Source: Eledone cirrhosa
Taxonomy: Eukaryota
Assembly: GCA_964016885.1 (NCBI GenBank)
Contig: OZ024744.1
Span: 77,438,001 to 77,502,000 of the forward strand
Direction: 5' to 3'
Length of the DNA: 64,000 nt
Translations under genes and position numbers: made by a program
Shown: positions 54,900 through 64,000 of the stretch, one piece after another
How the letters are laid out: each line of letters begins with the position of its first letter
Numbering within the stretch: position 1 is the first letter of the stretch
The notes under the pieces: generated by a model
Database searches by the model: none
Told to the model about the DNA's origin: nothing
Seen by the model: only the letters and a program-made list of their open reading frames with translations

Positions 54900-55231
54900 G
54901 GTTTCTACTTTAGGCACAAGACCAGCAATTTGGAGGGAGACGGGGAAAAGTCGATTAAATCGATCCCAGTCTGTGACTGGTACTTTATTTTTTTCGTGCC
55001 CGGTAATACAAGTAATGTCTGTCTTTCTAACACAGCTACTGAGATAGCTGTGTTATCACAGCTTAAAGCATCTATGACAAAAAAAAAAAAAAAAAAAAGT
55101 ATATAAGCTATAACTTATTTTCGCCTCAGTACTGAGTAAGTAAGAATTACTGATGATGGATGATTGATGATGGATAGTGTCTGGCTTTCTCACACAGCTA
55201 CCGAGATAGCTGTGATATGATTACAGCTTAA

Positions 55232-55441
55232 TTCTTTACCATTTAAACCAGCTGTCTCCGGCCAGAATTCTAACCAGAATTCCACCATTCAAACCAGCCG
55301 TAACCGGCGACTCATACTGACGTTAAGATATTGTTCTCAAAATAAATAATATCAAAATCTCATAGATTCGATGCTTTGTGAGATAAGGTGTTTACTGTGA
55401 AAATATAATAGTAAATATAGAGTAATGTAAACGATAAAGGG
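55232..55441. mobile_element. piggyBac-like MITE in TTAA
   Basis: TTAA|ttctttaccattta ... taaacgataaaggg|TTAA; the uninterrupted site cagcttaaagca is visible in the duplicate at 55059-55070; related piece at 11247-11370. Confidence 0.7.
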
Positions 55442-55717
55442 TTAAAGCACCCATGGCAAAACACTTGTATTATACATCAACATATTGTATAATGGTTTCT
55501 GATTTAGGTACAAGACCAACAATTCTTGTGGAGGGGAAAGTCGATTAATTCGACCTCAGTGCATTACTGGTACTTTATTTTATTTTACGACCACGTATGG
55601 ATGAAAGCCAAAGCTAACCACGGCGGGATTTGAATATTATAATAATTCCTTTTTCATTTTTTTCTTTTTCTATTTACTGGTTGCAGTCATTACTCTCCTA
55701 TCTTATTATATTATTCA

Positions 55718-56302
55718 CTAGCAGTGGTACCCGGCGTTTCACGGGATAAGGTATTGTGAAATATATAACCGCCTTAGCTAAGCTTAGTATTGCCACAACC
55801 ACGGCTGGCAAAGAAGTAAGGGTCTGGTGGTATGTAAGTAAGCACCACTGTGACTTAAAACGTGAGGAAGAAGTTGTGTGCACTTACCAACTGTTTGGGG
55901 AATGAGTGTGAGATTTGTCTTGAGCAAGGGTGGCTGAATAACCGGAGGCAGCAGGCAGCGAGACATACAGACAGATATTATAAGGGCGCGTTCTGGACGC
56001 AGAGCGAATTGTAGGAAGTGACGTAATGCAGAGAGCCAGACATACAGACAGATATTATAAGGGCGCGACGTTATATGTAAGTATCTATCTAAAAAGAGAA
56101 AGACTAAGAATTATAGAGAGAGATCGCTAAATCGCCTAATGCGGTCCCTAGGGCATTGAACATTCGAAATTTTGTTTGCTCAGAACACTCCCTGAGTATT
56201 ACATGTGTAAAGTTTGAAAAGAGTCAGTTGGGTTCTTCTCTAGTTTTAGGGATTCAAACTCACACACAGACAGACAGACATCCTCAGTTTTATATATATA
56301 GA
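55718..56302 (-). mobile_element. Non-autonomous Helitron
   Basis: Minus: A|TCTATATATATAAAAC...CCCGtgaaacgcCGGG taccactg CTAG|T (5' TC, subterminal hairpin, 3' CTAG, A-T target); fragments at 51786-51940 and 52100-52170. Confidence 0.75.
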
Positions 56303-57211
56303 TTATGTGTGTATGTGTGTATATGTGTGTAGGTGGTTGTGTGCGTGTGTGCTCGTGTGTGCGTGCGTGGTTGTCTGCGTGTGTGAGTGTGTGCGTGCGT
56401 GGTTGTCTGCGTGTGTGAGTGTGTGCGTGCGTGGTTGTCTGCGTGTGTGAGTGTGTGCGTGTATGAGCGCGTGTGTGTGTATGTGTGTCTGTATATATAT
56501 ATATATACATATATATATATACATATATATATGTGAGTATATATATATATCCATATATAATACATATACAGTATATATATATACATGTATATATGTGTGT
56601 GTCCGCATGTATCTGTGTGTTTCTAAATATATTAATAACTCCCTCTGGTCGAGCAATCTTTGAAGTGTGGGGACAACTGGAAAGCTTCCATTACTCATAC
56701 TTCTCGCCTTCTTCACTACCTCTTCTGCGGCCTCGATGTGAATACCCCCTCCGCCTCCGTGGTATTTTCTTCGTGGTTATAAGAGGCTTAGCTCTGTTTC
56801 TCGACCGTTATATCGCGTGACTGTCTCCCCCTCCGCCTTTTGGGATTCTTTCTCGCGTCGTGTAGACGCGTTCTTGAGACTAGTAAAATGAGGTATCCTC
56901 TTGATAAGTCGGCAGACCTCGCAAGGACTCTATATCTTTGATATATTGTTTTTGTTTATGCCACGAAACTACGTAGTCGAGGAATTTAGGAACAGTTTAG
57001 GTATGATACATTTTATTACTAATTATATCTAAATGTTTCTTCTCTCTTCATAATGTATTTTTAACTCTGATACTGGTTCAGTCTGGTTCAAACTGAATTA
57101 GTCTGTCCCAGTCATTCATTGAGCAACATCGGTGAAGTTGGCACCCTTAACTCACAGTTGGGTGCGGATGCATTCATGTATATATGTGTGTGTCCGCATG
57201 TATCTGTGTGT

Positions 57212-57414
<203 letters not shown>

Positions 57415-57424
57415 AGTGTGTGTG

Positions 57425-57620
57425 TAGCGTGTGGCTGAGTGGTTAGAGAATTGGATTCACAATCTTGAGGTTGTGAGTTCGATTCCTGGACCGGGCGATG
57501 CGTTATGTCCTTGAGCAAGACACTTTATTTCACGTTGCTCCTTCTACTTGGAGTTGCGACCGATAGATAGTACTAGCAACTGGAAAGACCTACGATTTGA
57601 CGAAAGTCGATCGATCCTTA
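57425..57620 (+). mobile_element. tRNA-derived SINE (second family); similar copies 37058-37290 and 53732-53915(-)
   Basis: gcgtgtggctgagtggttagag..gagttcgattcctggaccgg..gtccttgagcaagacactttatttcacgttgctcc. Confidence 0.8.
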
Positions 57621-57759
57621 ATATATATGTGTGTCAAATTCTCTGCCAGGAAAATTAATTGGTCTACACGTAAATGTTACCAAGACAGAGTACATGTCAT
57701 TAAACGAACAAGAAGATGGAGATCTTGTCTCAGTGGATGACGGGGCACTAAATCGAGTT

Positions 57760-58100
57760 CATGATTTGACTAGCTGGACGAGTTCATTAAAAAAATTCTA
57801 ATGTCAGTGTCCTGGGTAGCAATGAACAAAATGGAAAGGATATGGAACAGGTAAAAGCGTAAAAGAGTATACCAGAATATCATTCTTCAGAGAATCGGTA
57901 GAGTCAGTGTTGTTGTATCGATCAGGTACACGGACCCTGACACAAGCACTTGAAAAGATACTAGATGGTGCATACAATAAAATGTTATAAATGAAAGTTT
58001 ATACGGAAACGCCCAAGATCGCAACTTCAGTTGCTGAAAGGTGGTTACGATTTGTAGGACATTGCTGGAGAAGTAAACAGGAAGTTATACAAAGGCTACT
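57760..58100 (+). mobile_element. Degraded RTE-type LINE fragment
   Basis: FRESVESVLLY..TLT..LDGAYNKML..RWLRFVGHCWRS. Confidence 0.65.
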
Positions 58101-58585
58101 ATTGTATCCTCTTCTACTTCTCTTCTTCACCCACATATTCTTCTTCACCCACACTCCTTCCAGCTTAAATGGGTCCGGTTGCCAGTGTGCTATCAATTTT
58201 AGAGGAGGGGAAAGTCGATTAAATCGACCCAGTGCGCGACTGGTACTTTATTTTATCGACCCCGTAAGGATGAAAGGCAAAGCTAACCTTGGCTGGATTT
58301 GAACACAGACCGTAAAAGACCATAACTCTATCCTGCAAAGCATGGCGTCCGACTCTCTACCAATACTGCCAATCCACCACCGTCGTACCAGATTAATAAT
58401 AAAAATGTTATATTACTAAATAAATCCTCCGAAATTATTTTTCATTATGTGTTATCAAAAGGTGAAGTTGGTAATTAAATCGTTCTTTGAGTCGATCGTC
58501 GCGAAACGCCCGTCAGATGTGAATAAACATAATTATGCTAAATTGGTACCTCATTCTTATGCCTTATTTATATATATATATATAT

Positions 58586-59451
58586 CGTTCATTCTCAGCC
58601 CCACACTCATCGACACAGTCTCAACCTCCTGCATCAAATCATCTGCCTCCTTCACTGTATTTGTAACCAAAACTATGTCGTCGGCAAATTCAGCATCCGA
58701 TATCTTTTTCGCCTTAACTCTCCTGCTCTGAGCCGGTGCTACAGTAAAGCCAGAGTCCTGGAGCTGAGAATGAATGAGACTAAAACAAAATATCTGGTAG
58801 CGAATGTTGAGAAGCCAGAGGGGATCGCTAATGTAGGCGGGAAACTGCTAGAATTGGTTGAGGACTTCCTGTATTTGGGAGCAAAGATTGGGAATACGGA
58901 AGATGATGTGGTTGAGAGGAAGAGCAAAGCCTAGGCGGCGTGCCACAGCTTGAGATCAGTGTGGAAGTCGGACCTTCGTAAAGACCTGAAAATCCGTCTC
59001 TTCATTGCTGTAGTGGAGTCTGTGCTGCTGTACGGGTCTGTGTTGCTGTACGGGTCTGAGACTTGGACACTGATTAAAAAAACTCACTCCAGATGGTGGA
59101 TGGGTGCTACACGAGAATGCTGAGGATGGCTCTGAACATTAATCAGTATACACTGAGGATGAAAAACTCAGAGCTGTATGGGAGCCTCCCAAAAGTCAGC
59201 TCAAAAGTGATACAGAGGAGACTGAGGTTAGCTGGACATGCTCACCGACATCCAGAGTTGACATTGCACTCAGTGCTTTTGTGGGAGCCCCTACAAGGAC
59301 ACACTGGAAGAGGAAGACCAAGGTTAACGTATGTTGATGCCCTAAGGAAAGACACTGGTCTGTTGGAGTCGCAGGACATGGCAGCGATAATGAGGGACAG
59401 AGACCGTTGGAGAGAACTCGTCCATGGATCTCGGGAATTTTACCCGCCCTA

Positions 59452-59452
<1 letters not shown>
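58586..59452 (+). mobile_element. RTE-type LINE 3' part with 5' inversion, in (TA)n
   Basis: Minus 58586-58762: ..DAEFADDIVLV..SVGLRMN; plus 58763-59452: LRMNETKTKYL..DFLYLG..ESVLLYGS..RRLRLAGH..GRGRPRLTY. Confidence 0.88.
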
Positions 59453-59508
<56 letters not shown>

Positions 59509-59511
<3 letters not shown>

Positions 59512-59706
59512 GGTGGTCCGAAAGTCTTGTCACCCCTACATATCGTTTTAACTTTCATTATTTTTTGTTTTAATAATATAATATATATCATTAATTATAA
59601 TATATAATAATTTTAAGCGTTTAAGCTAAAATTCCTCAACGAACTAAGTGATAACGACATGGACAAAAGACGTGGTAGGGGGTGACAAGACTTTCGGACC
59701 ACCCTG
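59509..59706. mobile_element. Tc1/mariner MITE with 28-bp perfect TIR
   Basis: TA|CAGGGTGGTCCGAAAGTCTTGTCACCCC ... GGGGTGACAAGACTTTCGGACCACCCTG|TA. Confidence 0.92.
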
Positions 59707-60076
59707 TATATCTATATCTATATAGAATCAGAGAAGCAAGCGAAATAGAGCTTAGAAAGCCAAATCTAAACAGAAAAAAAATGATGTGGTTGAGAGGAAG
59801 AGCAAAGCCCAGATTTTCAAACAAACAATACTGACTTAAAAGAAATATAAATAAATAAATAAATATATATATACACACAAGCACATATAAACTAAGATAG
59901 AATACAATAACTAAAATATATACACCCAAACGCGAACACACACACTAAACACTATACACACACGCAAACGCATGCGTAGAGACGGAGACAAAAATAAATA
60001 GATAAATAAATAAATAGATAAATTAAAATGGCGTAGACATTACAATACAACACAATAGGAGGAAACATGATAATAG

Positions 60077-60120
60077 TATCACTGATGATGTTGCAGATGT
60101 GCAACGAAAGAACTTTGTTA
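60077..60120 (+). ncRNA. Minimal hammerhead of a diverged PLE pseudo-LTR
   Basis: CTGATGA t GTTGCA gatg TGCAAC GAAA gaac TT; upstream aaaatggcgtag and cgcatgcg shared with 2595-2645. Confidence 0.7.
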
Positions 60121-60812
60121 GACTATATATATATATTTATATCATGTAGAGCTAATTTTTATTGTCCTGTCAGCCAGGCTGCTATTTTTAGCGAATTTCG
60201 AGACAAGCCGGGTTACGAATGACACGTGCGATAATTCATATCGTAAACAATTCATTCTCTAATATTTTTAGAAGTGAAAGGATCACTAATTTCTCAACAC
60301 TACTGAGGAGCAGAGAAACGTGAGAACTTCACTTAATAAGTCGTTGTGAAACAGTCTCCAACACTGTCTAGTTGTTACCAGGCATTTTTGACCAATATAG
60401 GTATGTTATTTTTCTTTATTTTTTTTAATTTAATATTTAAAGTTAAGGATAACAAACTATATTTGCTGTAGTTAGTATTTTTTCACCCTAGCAAACTTGG
60501 TCCTTACGATTCGAACACATGTATGTTTATATTAGTGTTCATCTTTCTTGTTTATTCAATTATATTGTACGGCTCGGAAAAGGTTTTTTCTTAGAGCTAT
60601 TTAATTGTAAGGGACTACCTTGAGTTCTTAACTCAATATATATATTTATATCTGTATTTTTGACCGTTGATCAGTCAGTGATAAACATTGATGGCCAAAT
60701 GAATTAACTGTGGAGATATAAAAGATACAGAGCGAAAACCAACCAAACAGTGAGTGTGTTCTGTTATTATTTCTGACAATATTATTGCAACAATATGACT
60801 CTCCCCAAGTAT

Positions 60813-60907
<95 letters not shown>

Positions 60908-61018
60908 GATAGATTTCTTTATTAGCCACAGGGGCACAAAAGAAGGGGACAAATAAAATACAAAGGGGGAAGTTTACATACAATAAAAACGTGTAAAATG
61001 TTATCACAGATGGAATTT

Positions 61019-61077
<59 letters not shown>

Positions 61078-61214
61078 TACAGCTATTTCCGGACTAGTAG
61101 TCCAAATAGCCGTCGAAACAGTTTGATCTCTGCTGTCGGGGTCTTGACTCTTTTCCTACTACCCACTCTACTACCCAAAGTATTGAGTACTTTCACTATA
61201 TATATATACATATT

Positions 61215-61472
61215 AGATAACGAGGAATCAGTGATGCATTAAAACACAATTTATTAACATATTACATATGTTTCTCGGACGATCAGCTCAAGGCAGGATC
61301 TATTATAGATAGAACGTGACATATATGAAAACGATAAACATATCTGAGAACCTTGTGAGTGCAGAGTCAGGTTCTATCTATAATAGATCCTGCCTTGAGC
61401 TGATCGTCGGAGAAACATATGTAATATGTTAATAAATTGTGTTTTAACGCATCACTGATTCCTCGTTATCTA
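61215..61472. repeat. Inverted repeat (~100-bp arms)
   Basis: agataacgaggaatcagtgatg..ctattatagatagaac mirrored by gttctatctataatag..atcactgattcctcgttatct. Confidence 0.85.
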
Positions 61473-61551
61473 TAATAATATACTCTACTCCACGTGAGAT
61501 TCGAGTGCTCAAACGGTATACCGCTTACGGACGCATTTATTGCAACCTTAC

Positions 61552-61602
<51 letters not shown>

Positions 61603-61795
61603 GGAGCTTCCAACAGACATGGTCGCATTCTTTTTTTAAGGGTATGTCAATATTTGTTTATAAAACTGATCTATATTATATTTTATCTGATGAAAGCGCT
61701 CCATAATTTGCTTTGGTGTCCTTGAAATATGTATAATGAAATAAATATGGTTTTATAAATATAGTTTCCATTTATTAATATATTATATATATATA

Positions 61796-61858
<63 letters not shown>

Positions 61859-62446
61859 GAAAATGTTCAAGACCCGGACGGCTATTTCTGGACTAAATTA
61901 GATTTTTAGCGTGGTAAAATCGAAACGGCTTGAGCTCTGCCGCCGGAGTCTTGAACATTTTCCTATTACCCACTCTACTACCCTAAGGGTTGAGTACTCT
62001 GGTGCGTTATGGTCCACCTGGTTCCTTACCACACTCCCTTCGTTATATATATATATATAAAATCTTTACCTGGGTCCTGTATTTTCGTTGCTCTAGTGAT
62101 GCGGTCGGACTGCCGACTGCTATATCTAATTTGCTAAGCTATCTGAACATAATGTTATACTCTGGGGTCTTACCTCATCTGAGTGCTAAAGCTACAAACC
62201 GAATAAGCATACACGCTAGCTTGGCCGTATACTAGAGCTTCGTCTATACTGTACTAAAATTTATCGTTAGACCTGTGCGAAATTCCTTCCTTGCTCACAT
62301 TTCAACCAGGTTTGATGGTCTTTATTCTCTCGTGAACGATTCCACCGAATTTATATTCATAGAAATCTGGGACTTGTTTCCTTCTTCATCACTTTCTGCT
62401 GCTTAAACCATTTTGTTTGTTTACCCTAGCGTCCCCTTTATTTACG

Positions 62447-62550
62447 TGTCCCAACTACTTTTTTTTAGCCGTTGCTCGCACCAACCTGAGGTATATGGCC
62501 TTTAATGCGACGAAATGCCTACGACGGTTGGATGGCCACTGATGAGGACA
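62447..62550 (+). ncRNA. Non-circularly permuted hammerhead-like RNA, family 1 copy C
   Basis: TGTC c CAAC..GTTG c TCGCA CCAACC tg AGGTAT A TGGCC tttaa TGCGA C GAAATGCCT acgac GGTTGG at GGCCA CTGATGA G GACA. Confidence 0.8.
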
Positions 62551-62555
62551 AACTT

Positions 62556-62595
<40 letters not shown>

Positions 62596-62805
62596 CATGA
62601 GGTCATAGCGGAGTACTTCACTATTTTCTTTGGTAACATGAGATAAACTCAATGCACGTTTACCGTCCTTGTTTGAAGTATCTCAACAATATAAAGAAAG
62701 TAACGCTTCCACTACAAATTTTAGAACCAGATTAGGGAAAATACTAGGTAATTATATACATCTACTATACATATTGCGTGTGTATATATATATATATATA
62801 TATGT

Positions 62806-63411
62806 CAGGTCACCACTTGGTGCTACTGGTAACATGTATCCCAGTACAACCTGTCTCATGGTCGGGTCGTTGGCGACTAAACTGGCAACCCCACTAAGGT
62901 TTCTTGGTGAGGAGGGTGACTTTGGACATCCTGCAGGACTAAAAACAAAACCTGTCAAAGGGCAAAGGACCTCTTAAGAGTCAATGGCCATCCAAAATCA
63001 CTGGGAGAGTTGACCCCTTAGCCTTTGTCAAGGCAGAATTCTAGGAGAAGGAAAACTCTGATATAACACCTGCAACCCTGATGGTATCCAATGATGTTGA
63101 CTTGTTCTTCTTTTTGGTAAATATCATCTTGGTTAAGAGAGTGGGACTGGCTTTGTGCAATGCCTTTGCTCACTATAAAAGCTTCACGGCACAGGCATTG
63201 CTTTATATCTGGAGATCTCTCTGCACTTGTCGTCACATGGTACCATGGGCCCAGCACTATGTGTCAATAATTGTCACAAGTGTAGTGTTTGTACCAGAGT
63301 TTTCAAGTCGCTGGCTGGACTAAAAAGCCACACTCGTTCAGCGCATCGGTAGGGGTTCTCCTACATGGATATAAAGTAGTGGCCGTACTCGAAAACGAGT
63401 TGGCAGCCACC
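62806..63411 (+). mobile_element. Bipartite RTE-derived element, full copy
   Basis: Near-identical to 33126-33732. Confidence 0.85.
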
Positions 63412-64000
63412 ATACATGAGTGTACATATATGCATGTGTACGTGTGTGCGTGTATTAAATTCATAACTATCAACATCGAATTCAGTCAAGGTCGATAGTG
63501 CCTCACCTACTCCCTGGTTGTGTTTGTTGCTGTTGATAAAACAGGCCACATCCTCATATACATTCAGTTAGTGTTTAAGCTTAGTGACATACTTCATTTA
63601 TCGTCCTTGAGGCAAATATGGAAGTGTGTTTTATCTTTAAAATGTTGTGTGTATTTGTACCCTGCCTCTACGTTCTGTGTTATTTCTTTCGAGGTTGATA
63701 AAATGATTTTCGATTCAGGCACAAGGCCAACAATTTTGGGGAATGGGAAAGTCGATTTAACCAACCCCAGTGAATTACTGGGACTTTATTTTTTTCGATA
63801 CTGTCAATCCACCGCCCCGTGGTTCGATAAAATAATAGTAACCGTCAAGTTCTGGGGATTCGATTTAATCAACTTTTGCCTCGTGTCATATTTAAATTAC
63901 TGGCCTTATGCTTAAATCAGAAATAATTGTTGTTGTGCTGCTGCTGTTGTTGTTGTTGTTGTTGTTGTTACCACCACCATCGCCATCATTACCATATGTA

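Overview
AT-rich, microsatellite-saturated eukaryotic repeat DNA; the SINE types suggest an octopod cephalopod (inference). No intact host gene is evident. Nearly all long ORF-track hits are (TA)n/(CA)n/(TATG)n translations. Identifiable elements: a 5'-truncated Penelope-like element (RT + C-terminal GIY-YIG, 530-2958) with several pseudo-LTR copies, a decayed R4/Dong-type non-LTR retrotransposon tied to (TACA)n (42927-46847 plus fragments), a ~600-bp bipartite RTE-derived element in (TATG)n arrays, RTE fragments, tRNA-derived SINEs, MITEs, a non-autonomous Helitron and a transposase-like remnant. The most striking signal is RNA structural. Many short (TA)n-embedded elements carry hammerhead ribozyme cores. 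At least six loci in two divergent families carry a hammerhead whose core strands occur in a non-circularly permuted order (NUH, then GAAA, then CUGANGA), held together by covarying pseudoknot helices. All structures were folded by eye and need computational and experimental confirmation.
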